Origin: the human T2T-CHM13v2.0 reference genome, Homo sapiens
Strand: one strand, 5' to 3'
NCBI RefSeq assembly: GCF_009914755.1
Contig: NC_060942.1
DNA length: 64,000 nt
The position numbers and the translations under genes were made by a program. Within the stretch, counting starts at the first letter, position 1, and each line of letters begins with the position of its first letter. Of the stretch, positions 35,449-49,674 are shown piece after piece. Under the pieces are notes generated by a model. It worked only from the letters and a program-made list of their open reading frames with translations, was not told where the DNA came from and did no database searches.

Positions 35449-36900
35449 TTTTTTTTTTTTTTTTTACTTTTTTAAAAAAATAAAATATAATAACTGGTCT
35501 TTATTCTGTAGTTTAAATAAAATAGCCCCACACTCAACACTTGCTTTTTCTCTTCTGACCTTGTTATTCTTTAAATATTCATCAACAGAGCAAATTTCTC
35601 CCAATAGCATATATAGTTTGATCCTCACTGGGGGGAATTTGTGAGCCCTTAGAGATTCAGGCCCCCGAACACTTGGGCACTCCCATTTGACTGCAACCAG
35701 GTCTGTTAGTGCTGAGGCTGAGGTCTGGTCCTGTCACCCCTCAGGTGTCCTTAGGGCAGGATTGCCAGACAGGTCCCATGTGATGTGGCAACTCAGTGTA
35801 AACATGAAAGGCTGCTTGGAGCCCCAAACTGAGGGTTGAGACAAGCTGTGTCTGGGCTCCATTAGAAAGAAAGGTGTGACCAATTAGCTCTGTCTTTCAT
35901 GGCAATACCCATTAGAAATGTCTGGAAGGAGGATTTCCATGTAACAGACTCAGAAAGGAGTAAGGTGAATGTTCCATCCTCACTTTTAGTGATTGTTTTG
36001 CCACCCAGGCTGAGTTGTCCACTGGCCAGGTGGCTGAGGAGGTAGTCTGAGAGCCACAGAGCCGCAGGTGGCTTCCCAGGACCTGCAAGAAACAGCATAA
36101 ACCCCAAGCTGGAGGGAGAGTGGAAGGGTACTCACATGGGGTTCCAACGGGGTCTGCACATTATAGGCCAGGATGGCATTAGCTCCTTATTCTCAGGAGC
36201 CCCTCTCATTCAGGCAAAGATAGCTGGCTGGCCTCAGACGGTTAGATAGGAATGGAGTTAGACATTTTTACATGACAACGGCCTTTACCTCTATATAAAC
36301 TTTGAAAGCTTTTCATCTAAACTAAATGGTGTATTTTCTATGAGTTACCAAGAACTCTAAACTGAGCAAAAGGACAGTCTTAATTTAATCAAGCTCTGGA
36401 ATGATGGGACACAGCTTCAAAAAACACTGTTGCAGCAGAAGATATAAAGGCCTGTAAAAAAACAATGTTTGCAGAAAATAAGAAGGGAGGAAGCATAACC
36501 TGGATATGGCCTTCTGCTCCTGGTAGGTAAATGGCTCTCCACACCCAGGGTGAGGAGGGACTTGGTTCAAATGACTTGGATACGCTCCCTGAGTGTATCC
36601 AGCTGTGTGTTGAAGTCCTCCACACTCTGCTGGTGCATGGTGGATGCTTCCTCCTGGAACCTTTCCATTTGCTGCTTCTCCTGCATTTTCTCCTAGGCCT
36701 CCTGGGTCAGGGTCCACTTGTCTAGGCTGCGCCGCTTCTCCTCCCTGTTGTTTTTGCTCATTCTCACCATCTCAGATAGTTTTACCACGTCTTTGTCCTT
36801 CTTTTCTCTTCTGTTTGGTCACAGTGAGCTCTGCAACGTCTTTCAGTTTCAGGGATACCTTTGGATCTGCTTGTGGGCTACCCTGGAACTTCCTGCAGTT
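35449..36900 (-). pseudogene. Processed (retro)pseudogene of FAM32A; CDS-equivalent 36884-36558 plus putative 3' UTR and poly(A)
   Basis: Minus-strand translation with frameshifts gives LKLKDVAELTVTKQK/KKDKD...EEKRRSLDKWTLTQEA*EKMQEKQQMERFQEEASTMHQQSVEDFNTQLDTLRE. Recalled FAM32A: LKLKGVAELGVTKRKKKKKDKD...EEKRRGLDKRTPAQAAFEKMQEKRQMERILKKASKTHKQRVEDFNRHLDTLTE. Intronless; ATG>AGG; TAG at 36695-36693; AATAAA at 35505-35500; A-tail 35473-35449. Which named FAM32 pseudogene this is cannot be told from the sequence. Confidence 0.93.
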
Positions 36901-37879
36901 CGGCATGTAGATTGCAAATAAGTGTCAACATTGGAAATGGATTTGATGAAATTCAGGATTTATTCATTAATCTGTGCAAATACAAATATAATAATATGGC
37001 CAAATGCATAAAGCAGTTCCCTTTATGTGAACAGGAAGCAAAGAATTACACTGAAGTTATTACAGCATTTTCAGAAAAATTGTATCAAAGCAAGAATATA
37101 TGCTTGTTAGCACGAGAAGTTCTATTCACAGTAAGGAAGCAAGGGGAAAAGTAACAATTATTGGAAGAAAAGATAAACTGTGTGCAAATATGTGATCGTC
37201 TAACTGAAAAACTCAAGGAAATCAACTGAAAATTGTTCTTAGAACCAATAATAGAATCCAGTAAAATGAGAGAGTTTCAAACTGCATGGAAAAAAAAATC
37301 AGTATTCTGTAAACAAATGAGAATGTGATCTTGAAAAAATAAATGATACTAAAAAGCAGTTATATTTTTCAAAGCTTTATTTAGTTTGAACGTTAATAGT
37401 TAAAAATGATTCCTTAATTTTTGAAATGACTTTCATAATAGCAGCTATTTAAAATATTACAAAGCAAACAATAAGACACATAAACATTTTGCATGAAATG
37501 TAATTTTACGTGTAAGTCCACATAATTACACGAAGTCCTAGAATATTGTACTGATACATTTTGAAAAACACCTAATTTTCTTTAATATTTACTGAGAATC
37601 TATTTTATACCTAGCATTTGAATCATCATTTATTTGAGAGGAAATTTGGTGAACTGTATTTTAACTGGTTTACTTACAAGAAATAGGTTAACTTTAATAA
37701 AAACCAGATGCAACATTTTGTTGATTCTTGAGCTTTTTGATAAACATCTAAATCCACATTATTTTAAAAGATTGAAACTGTGGAAAAGGTCATACATTTA
37801 AATATTAATTAATGGTATATAAATAAGTAATACTATAATGGAACACTTATGATACCACACATAGCATGAAATTATAACA

Positions 37880-38720
37880 ATTGCTTTGCTTTCCTCAGTG
37901 AAGTAGAAATCAAGTTTACCAGAAGGCAGTGATAAAGGGGTGAGGAGTGGAGTATAGATAATTTGAGAAGAAGCAAGAAAACAAATATAATCATCCGGGA
38001 GAGAGGAGAAATAATAGACTGGTTACATGTACTATTCTTCCCAAGCAGTATTAGGGACCCTTTGCAGTCAGAACATTTTTATGCGGTTAATTTTGGTTTT
38101 GTATTATTTTGTTTCTCTAGCCAGATTCAGTTTCGTGATGCAGATATAGAACAAGTGGAAATTTCAAGTTAATAAAGGTTTCATTAGAACAAAATAAGGG
38201 TGACAAGAAAAAAGAGGGCAAAAATTTGAGAATTTATGCAGGGGAGTAGTAAGAATGATTGTAAAAATTTAAGATGTTAAGAGTATATGCAGGTGAGGGT
38301 GGGGAGATGAGAGATTGTAAGAATTACGTAGGATAAAAAGATTTACATCCTGTTGGCACTGAAAGATTGTTGCAGCCGGAGAACCAGAGTGCCTGAGCTA
38401 TTAGAAACAGAAGAGAAAATTGGGAGTGCTGGGATCATGGCAGGTTACCTTGGCCGTAAAATCCATGAGAATGGCCCTGGCAGGGAAGGGCCGCTGTATA
38501 TTGGGAGACCCCGTTATTGGAGAAGAAGGAGTTGAATAATTCATAGTGCAGGATACTAGGAGATCCTCAACATGGATATTAAAATCACAAAAAATTATGA
38601 AAAGGGTCATATTGAAGAGAATCACAAAGAATCAGAGCTAAAATCATCAAAGACAGATGAGAAGCCTCCTGGGAATGTGACAGTCCACTGCATCAAAGAG
38701 AGACAATGAGGGTTGCTGAG
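37880..38720 (-). mobile_element. L2 5' (endonuclease-region) relic
   Basis: Minus-strand peptide IIFCDFNIHVED (core 38589-38563) matches the GDFNIH APE motif of L2/CR1 ORF2; purine-rich antisense L2 texture. Confidence 0.7.
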
Positions 38721-39609
38721 GAAACCAGCCCTTCTTTAATTATTCCTATTTTATGTCATTAAGTCTGAAAGCTAAAAATCTCCACTCACAAAAAGTTCCC
38801 TTATGTTTTAAATCCCCTGAACAAGCCTTTTGACATCCTTCTGGATCTTTAATATTTGATTTCCCTGGATACATGTAAGTAATTCCTTTACAGGTCTTAA
38901 ATGCTTTTTGTTTCAAGGCAAATACCATGCATATCAATGACCCTTTTGAATATTCTTATTGAAGTTGCCAGCTGATGGCACTGAAGTCCACCCTCCAGCC
39001 TCTCCACCTCACTAACTACCACAGTGCCTCATCTTTCCCTTCACGTCGCCGATACCCACACCCTGGAGGCCACAGGAATATCACAGAAAGGGTCTTGGCA
39101 GGGCCAGCAGGAGCATCTACTACATTAGAGGACACAGGAAAAGGTGGTCAGGATGGACATGATGCTAATGGTTTTTGGAGAAAAAGTGATGTACAGAGTC
39201 CCAGGGAGATTGGAATGCCAAAGCTTTCTCTGGTGCTTGAAAGGAGCATGGACAAAGGAGCATAATTAAATATATCCTGATATCCTTAAAGAAGACAGAA
39301 TTGGAGAGGCTATGATTATGTAGAAGAGAAAGGACTGCCAGAAGCAGATATCTTGGGGGTCCCCCTGGACTCCTGCTGATAGAGTCTTGCAGAAGGGCGG
39401 CATTACTCCAAGTGCCTTATTGATCCCTGCTGCGTGGTGTCCTACTGTGACTCCTTCCGTCTTCTATTCCAAGCTCAACACTGCCCTTTCTGGTGATGAA
39501 CTGCATGGCAGCTTGTTTTCTCTGCACAGCCTAGCACTCATTTAACTGACTTTAATAATTTAATTAAGTTGAATTAAATTATCTGGTGTTTGTAAACATG
39601 TCTATATTA

Positions 39610-41340
<1,731 letters not shown>

Positions 41341-42384
41341 ATATTTCTGAGAAGTTCTTGTTAGCCTGTTTAATCATTTTCTTACCTAACTGAAATAATA
41401 AACCTGTTTAAAGAATATAAAAAATGCCAATCTACAATTAATACATTTCATCTTCACTATATTCTTTTGACATGAATCTCTTTAGAAATTTACTGAATAA
41501 ATGTAGATTTCATTTCTAACATCTACATTTTTTGTTTATGTTATTCAGAGGAAAGAACTGTAATGATGTTTCTTTAGCATATGTCTTTTCTTCTTAATAT
41601 AATTAAGTGGCTTTTGAAAACAAGATGATATTAGTGATTTGAGACTATTTATAATCCCTTGATATGGTTATGAACTTAAGATGCTTCTAGTGAAATTAGA
41701 AGTTAACTCAATGATTATCACAGAACAGTTTGAGTCATTAAAACATTACCTTTAATGGAAATATTGCTACTGAAGGAATAAATCACAATGCAGCAGAACC
41801 AATTCAGTCATTAAAAGAATCAAATAACTGCATCATTAAAAGTTGACTATGCTGTTAAGCTGAACAATTTATTTTGAAGCTTTATAATGGATCCTGTGAA
41901 GTTCAGGGCAGAGATACTTGGACATGTCTCATCTTGGCACACAGAGATGATAATATTTTCATGGGATTCTGGTGTAAATGGTAAAGCTCTTTATGTCCAT
42001 CCCAAGTCTTGCCAAGGTGCCCTGAGGTTTGCGTAGTCAACATTTTAGTAATGTAGATGGAAACCTGTGGTCTAGAGAAGAGTTCCAAATTGCTTTCTAT
42101 TGTGATGCTGTATAGATATCACCACAAAGATGCTTGGATGCTATTTCATAATTTAAAAAAAGGAAAACATACACTGACATATATTGTCTTGGCTTGCTGA
42201 GTGAGAGATAATAATGCAGAAACAAATTCAACTCTATTTTTATATAGTTAGCCATAAAATTTAATAATAGAATAAAATAAAACCTAAACTTATTTTAAGT
42301 GAGTTGTCATAGGATAATTTGATAACTGTTAATAAATTATGGTTATGCTTTTGCATGAATTATTTGATAAAAAGTCCCAGGCAT

Positions 42385-42703
42385 AGTTTCACCATCCTAA
42401 AAATCCTCTACTCTGTATGATACTGTAGTGGTGGATACATATCATTGTACATTTGTCCAGATTCTAGAATGTACAAAACCAAAAATGAACTCTAATGTAA
42501 ACTGTGGACTTTGAGTGATGATGATGTGTCAATGTAGTTCATCGATTGTAACAAATGTACAGCTCTAGTAGAGAATATTGATAGTTGGGGAGGTTATGCA
42601 TGTGTGAGGGCAGGGAGTATTTTGAAAATCTTTGTATCTTCAGCTCAATTTTGCTGTGAACCTAAAACTGCTGTGAAAAATAAAGCCTACTTTTCTAAAA
42701 AAA
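42385..42703 (+). mobile_element. L1MC1/2-like 3' end with ~25-bp inverted 5' piece
   Basis: 'actctgtatgatactgtagtggtggatacat...gctcaattttgctgtgaacctaaaactgct'; degenerate TSD aaaaagtcccaggcata / aaaaggttgcaggcata. Confidence 0.85.
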
Positions 42704-45700
42704 GGTTGCAGGCATAATGATCAAGTTTATGAAGATTTTAAAAAATGTAATTGTTGTCTTAGAAATGAAGAGATAAGTTCAGATAATAAACAGTACTGTT
42801 GATGATAAAACAAATCTCCTTACTGAAAATATAAGTCACTTTAGCTAATGGTGTCATGCTGTTGACCTAAAGGCAGGTTACGGGCTGGCACTGACACCAG
42901 ATTAGATGCATGAGCCCCTGGGGGCTCCAGCTCAGGCTCTCCAGGACCTGAACATGTGAAAGCAGTAGATTTTCGGTATATGCAGTGGTCTGTTGGTGAG
43001 ACGGATGGACACCAGTCCCAGTTCTTCTCCTGCCTTGAACCTTATGTTGGTCAACAAGGAGGAAGCTATTGAAAGACTTGGTGCAGATCTCTATGGCAAA
43101 TCAAAGCTCAGGAAGAGGTGTCATTAAGTTACTGGCAGTCACATCAAAGGAAAAGCGTATCAGTAATTCTTCCAGTTAGGTAAATTATACAAAAATATTA
43201 GAATGGATTATGACTTATTTGCACAAAAATGTATGCCTAACATTTGGGAAGCGATTTGGTAACATATATTTTAGTTTATATTGAGAATAAAAAGGAACAT
43301 ATTTATATATGTCTTTATTTGATTATACCAGGCATAAAGGGATAAATAGAGATTTGAAAGGATAAATATCATCCCTGTAAATAAACTTGTATAAATTAAA
43401 TAAGATTATTCTATTTACATATTTTGTACATGAAAATACAGCCTGCCTGTTCCCCTGAGTTAAAAAGTACAGATGTCATTAACTTTTGGAAGCACGGCAT
43501 GACATGTCATTGTATAGATTGCATTCAGTCCATTCCTTTATTGAAAAATATTTTACTTTTCTTTTTGTATTTTTATATTCTAGCACTTTTCTTTCTTTCC
43601 GTAAGCTTCTCCAAATAAAATTTACTGCTCCAGATTCTAATCAAGTATAGTTATCAGCCTTTGAAAAATTATGGCAAGCTGGTCGATAAAAACATAATCT
43701 CATTTTTATTTTATTTTGAAGTATCCATTTTATGTAAGGAAGCTAGGAACATTTTGTGTATGTATTATTTATTTTGATCAACTCTTAGGAGATTTACATA
43801 GTCAACAGCTTATTTTAAAAAATATTATGCTTTTTTTGGTAACATTTATACAAACTTTCTGTAAAGAGGAAAGTATAAGGTTTGCTAGTTTAATGCATTT
43901 TTTCCCTCTTACATTGTTTATGATATGTTTTTATGCAAATATACTATAGTATAATTTGTGTTTATCATAATTTTGGGATTTTTCCTCCCTATGATTATTC
44001 TCTCACTTGTTTGGGATCCCCAGTCCCACAGTGTTATACAAATGTTCTCTTAAACAATTTTTGATTTTTGTTATAGTTTTTATACTTAATAATCCACAGA
44101 AAACTTATTTTTTTAAAAAATATTATTTACTGTTCAGGGCTATTGTTTCTCTTGCTTATTTTTTAGCAGCTACTTTTAACCACATCTTTTATTTAATAAC
44201 TTTTTTCATCACTGAAGTGAAATGCAACTTATCCTACATAATATCTCCATATTATATTTGGATCATTTTCCAGACTTTCTGTCCTTTTCAAATAATCCAT
44301 GCATTATTAAAAATACCATCTGATTTAAATAAGGCACTTATAATATATTTTGATATCTTTAAAAAATACACATATCCCATTTTAAAAAATTGATGTGTCA
44401 GCGGATTCTGACTAGAATTTTAACAAATTTATAAGCACATTGAAATAATTAAAATCATGACTTTTCTATTCAGAACTTCTTTTGTTCTATACTCATTGCA
44501 TAAGGGTTGATAGCTATCTTTGTCTACATATAGGTCCTGTATTTGTTCTATTTAATTTATTTAATGCTATTTCACATGTATTTTTCCATTTTCATTAGAA
44601 TGCATTTTTATTTGAAATTTAAATTTGTTCTAATTTATAAAAAATATTGATTTATATATATGCATGTAGTATTCAGCCATATTAAAACTATGGAGCTCAT
44701 CATAACATGTTTATAGCAAAATCTTTTCAAAATATGTAAACATAAAATGAAGCTAAACTTATTTTGCTGAACATTTAGTTTTTTAAATTTATTGTGTTAG
44801 ACCTCTCCAAGACCATATTGAAAATGTCTACTGATAGTTTTATTTCTGAATTTAATGAAAATAGAACTGACAAGTTATCATTTAGTATGCTGACTTTTGA
44901 AAATTTTGACCAATAGTCTTCATAAGTTTCCATTATTTTTTCTATATTCTGATGCTATCCATTTTTAATTAACTTGTTTTTTTTGTATATTGTGACATAA
45001 ATGTTACTTTAATATTCATATAAGCAGATAATGTAGTTACATGGAAAGTTTAGAAATTACATGGATGTGCATGTACAGAAAACTAACCAAAGAAAATACA
45101 CATATGAGAAAAAATTTGTATACAACTTAAGCCAAACCTATTTGGATTTTAACTCATGATGATAAATCTCTGAACAATCTAAGTCGATAAAGCTTTTGGT
45201 CTTCTCAGACGGTTTTTGTGTTGAGGTACAAAATCACTGAGCTTGGGAGTTATTTAAAACATTAAAAGCCACAATATGATTTAAAGTAAATAAAGGTTTA
45301 TAACCTCATCCCACAAAATATCTATTAAGTTTTGAGTAATTTTAAGCATTATTCAACCTTCAGCAACCAGCAGAAGATTCTCCATGCTATTAAAAGGTAT
45401 TGGAGAATTTTGCTAAGGTTTTTAAAATTTATTTTAGATTTGCTTCCGTTATTCTGAGAAGATATTTTTGTATAAAATAATTGAATATTACTGTCTTACT
45501 TTTTGTGACAAAATATACTTCAATATATATGCACTTTTTAAAGGAAACTAATTACAAACCCAATATGTTTTTAAGAACTTTAAAACTTTTAACTTAAAAT
45601 TGAAGGACCACGGAAGAATTGTCTCAGCAGAAGAGAGGTAGGTGCTTTTCTCCGTTAAATAGTTTTTATTAATACCCAGTGTTCTGTCTTGTTTCAAGAA

Positions 45701-46117
45701 TGCTTTCTTGAAACCCCTTTCTCAAATTTTTATTACTTTTTCAAAAATGAGACTCTCTAAAGGTGGCTACATTTTAAGTCATACTTCAGCAGAGCAGACC
45801 TTTATTAAAGTGTGGGCAGTTTCTCTGAAGAAAGCCCTGGACTCAATGAAACCATTTCAGTGATCCACCTGGATTGATGCTTAGAGACTACAGCTGGATG
45901 GAGGAGATCAAATTGTTTTTAAACCTATTATACATATTTCTAAGTAAATCATTGATGAGAGCTTTATGAAAAAAATGAATGCATTGCTATTGGCTAAGTG
46001 CAATGTTCTTTATTAAGTATAATATAAATATTCAGGGTACTATAGTTTCCTTAATGTTTAGCCTAGTTCCATGGCTAAGGAAATATGACAAATTGCAGTT
46101 TGAGATTTTGAAAACAC

Positions 46118-46259
46118 TGTTTTCACTGGCTTAGGCCACTTCTGTGAACCAATTTTTCTTGTTTTTTGATTCAGTGGGTACATGGCTAGCGTTGTTACAT
46201 TTATTCCTTATTTTATTTTATTTTATTTATTTTTTTTTTGGAGACAGAGTCTCCTCTGT
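46118..46259 (-). repeat. Inverted duplicate of 46835-46979 (Alu 3' end, tail and downstream flank)
   Basis: Reverse complement aligns over ~145 bp with scattered mismatches. Confidence 0.93.
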
Positions 46260-46538
46260 GATATCTGTATTTTCCACTAAGTGTGAAGGGCGTATTAAAA
46301 TAATTTTTCAAGAAAGAGAAAAAAGTAATTAAGCACTTAAATGATTTTGTTTTTTTCTAATTCACAGGTTTGGAAGTTGGAAGAAAAAAAATCAAAATCA
46401 TTGTTCGTTGTGGTGTTTAAAAATTACCTAAACAAAATTGTTTACCTTGAGTCTTAACCTCCATTTCCTGGTACACTTAGCAAAGTCAATAACTCATGAA
46501 CACTTCATATTATTTGATATTCACTCCTCAAAATCTTA

Positions 46539-46949
<411 letters not shown>

Positions 46950-48248
46950 TCAAAAAAGTGGCCAAAACCAGTGAAAACAAGGGGAGCATTTTTTTTTGGT
47001 AGAACTATTAAAATGCTGTACTAAGTCAATTGAATAATGTAAAGATAATAGCATATTGCTACTATCATTTATTACTCTAATTGTTCTACATTTACGGAGT
47101 TCTGCCCTGGGTAGTTTTAATAGCAGTTGTTAACCATTGTCATTTATTAGCCACCTTATTACAGTTCAAAATGGAATTGTAATTGAAACACTTGAACAAG
47201 TTAAAATTGACAATAAACCCACAGTCTGATAGGATTTGCTTAATGAACTCGATGCAATAAAACTTTAATTGTTGTCAAGCATTTGTAGAATATATTGCCC
47301 GAAAGTTTTAAATTTTATAATTAACACATAACTGTTCGAGGGGGTAAGTTCACATGAAGAAGCAAGAGGCAAGTGAAAATTAAGCATAGCATTATTCTTT
47401 AGATTATGGAAGTAGTAATGATTTTACTTTTCTTGGATTCTTTAACACTTTTTTTCCTTCCTCCCTGAATCTCTTTGCTTCCTGTGAGATATAAAATATA
47501 GGACAAGAGTAAATTTTGCTTAACCTAAAACATATTATTCCCTGGTCACCACACCTGAATTTTTATGCTAACAAATTACATCCAAATCATTGGATAATGT
47601 ATTGCATATGTTTTACCACACACCACTTTCACATTTATTAACATATGTGGACTTCAGTTTCCTTGTCAATAAAACAACAGAGGCTATTTATTATGTTGTT
47701 GTGAGAATTAAAGCAGATAGTAGGCAGGTGATCTATGTTAATTGTTTATTTTCTTAATTTTTATGGTATCTATTAAACTCATTGAATCATTAATATTTAT
47801 TAAATTGGAGTATGCATTTTCAGAATGATTGGTAAGGAACTAGTTAATTAACCGGGTAAGGATTTATGTTAGGTAGCTGATGACCAAGCAGGATTGAGAG
47901 ATAAATTGTGAATCTAAATATTTTTATTGTTAGAGTGTGAAATGTTAGGTTTGTCTATGTACAGCATTGCAAAATTGCTCCTGGTTAACTGGGTAGAAAG
48001 TGAAGTTTATAAGCAGCAAAAGTGTAAGGAATGGCTGTAAGTGAGACAAAAATGTCTGAAAAGAAGGTAAATACTGCAAGTTAAAGATATTCATTCATCC
48101 ATTCATTCATTATTTAGCAATGTCCTCTACCTTCTTCGTGGAACACAAAAACTCAACTGACCTTATTAATAAGGGAAACATACATTTTCTTGGGGAAGAA
48201 AGGTAAAACAGATAAATACTTAGACTAAGATTTGGGATTATGTTTCTT

Positions 48249-48329
48249 TTTTTATTTATTTATTGTTTATTTTATTATTATTACACTTTAAGTTTTAGGG
48301 TACATGTGCACAATGTGCAGGTTAGTTAT
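48249..48329 (-). mobile_element. Extremely 5'-truncated young L1 (L1PA2/3/HS-like)
   Basis: 'tacactttaagttttagggtacatgtgcacaatgtgcaggttagtta' plus T-rich tail; perfect 20-bp TSD gatttgggattatgtttctt at 48229-48248 and 48330-48349. Confidence 0.93.
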
Positions 48330-48409
48330 GATTTGGGATTATGTTTCTTAAGTACCTTGCTGAACTCTCCATAATCTAGAAAAAAAGACTTTCTTAGAAG
48401 TCTGTACTT

Positions 48410-49630
48410 AATATGTCACTTTTAATTTAATTTACAAAATTAAATTATGCAAAGTATGCCTCTTCACAGAGATACATCTGTATCCTAGCTCCATCTCCTA
48501 TGGCCAGTAGCAAATGTTGAGGGTTTGTTCAACAATGGACTTTCCATCTCAGTCATTTAGGAGATTCTTTCCATCTCTGATGCTGTCTGCATATGTATGA
48601 CTTTTTACTCTTAAACATATGTTTTGGGAAGCATTCATGTCAACACAACATTTGTTTTTAATATGTTGTATCTCTGCATATTTATGTACAATATTGTGTA
48701 ACATAGTTTTTTAAAGCACTCCCATAGAGAAGGACACTAAGTCTGCTCCCACTTTTTTGGTTGCTACCAATTATTATCTTTCAAAATAGATCTCTGAATT
48801 CACATGCAAACATTTCTGTAGGATAGACTTTCAGAAGCAGAAATGCTGATTTCAAAGGTAATTATATTTTAATTTTGACAGATACAACCATATTCCGTTC
48901 AAGAGTTATTAGCAGTTCACAGTCCCACGAAAGCATATCAGTGCTCATTTCACTAACAAAAATATTACTTTAATAATTGCAATCCAATAAACAGAAAATG
49001 ATTTTAATAGATGCTTAATTTGTGCTTTTGTAATTATCAGTGGTGTTAAGCTTTTGTTCATACTTGTTGATTATTTTATTTAATCTTTCATAAATACTGT
49101 TACAATCCTATCCTATATTTTATTTTCCTTTTTTGTTCTTTTCTTGATATTTAATACCTTTCTATGTAGTTACATATATTAGGAAAATATTTTTCTTTGC
49201 AAGTCAACAATTATTTTGTGATTTTTATTTTCATCCATTTAAAGCTTTTATGTTTAGATGTTTAATTAAATTCATCTAAAATTATACTTCTGGTTGCCGA
49301 AGATAGCATATAATTAGTCAACTGTGCCAGATTTGATGATCAAATAGTTCATCTTTCACCAATAAAATAAAGGACACTTTTATCACATACTAATTCCCAT
49401 GGATTATACATTGTGCTACATCTCTTTAGGCATTTATGAATAAAAAAGTCTTAATTCATATAGATTTGTGGTTATTTCATAGGTAACTACTCTAGTTAAT
49501 TTCTGCTTTCCAAGTTTTCATAGTTGTTAGTGCTCATTATATATTCCTAGTGAATTTTAGTATAAACTTACTGAATTAGTGGTAAATTATTTTTGATTTA
49601 TTTAATTTGTTTGGAAAGAATTGACCTCAT
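48410..49630 (-). mobile_element. Old L1ME-type relic
   Basis: Diverged antisense L1 3' text, e.g. 'ttctgtaggatagactttcagaagcagaaatgctg...aattttgacagatacaacc'. Confidence 0.55.
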
Positions 49631-49674
49631 CATTTTTTGTGTGTGTTCAAAAGATTTGGAATTCTCTCTTGCAG

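Noticed and set aside
36531-36921. Plus-strand ORFs of 64-88 aa
   Set aside because: Antisense shadows of the GC-richer FAM32A retrocopy.
43400-45000. Hydrophobic ORFs (e.g. 44007-44393, 128 aa) resembling membrane proteins
   Set aside because: T-rich composition, probably a very old antisense L1, inflates F/I/L/Y content; no motifs or splice support.
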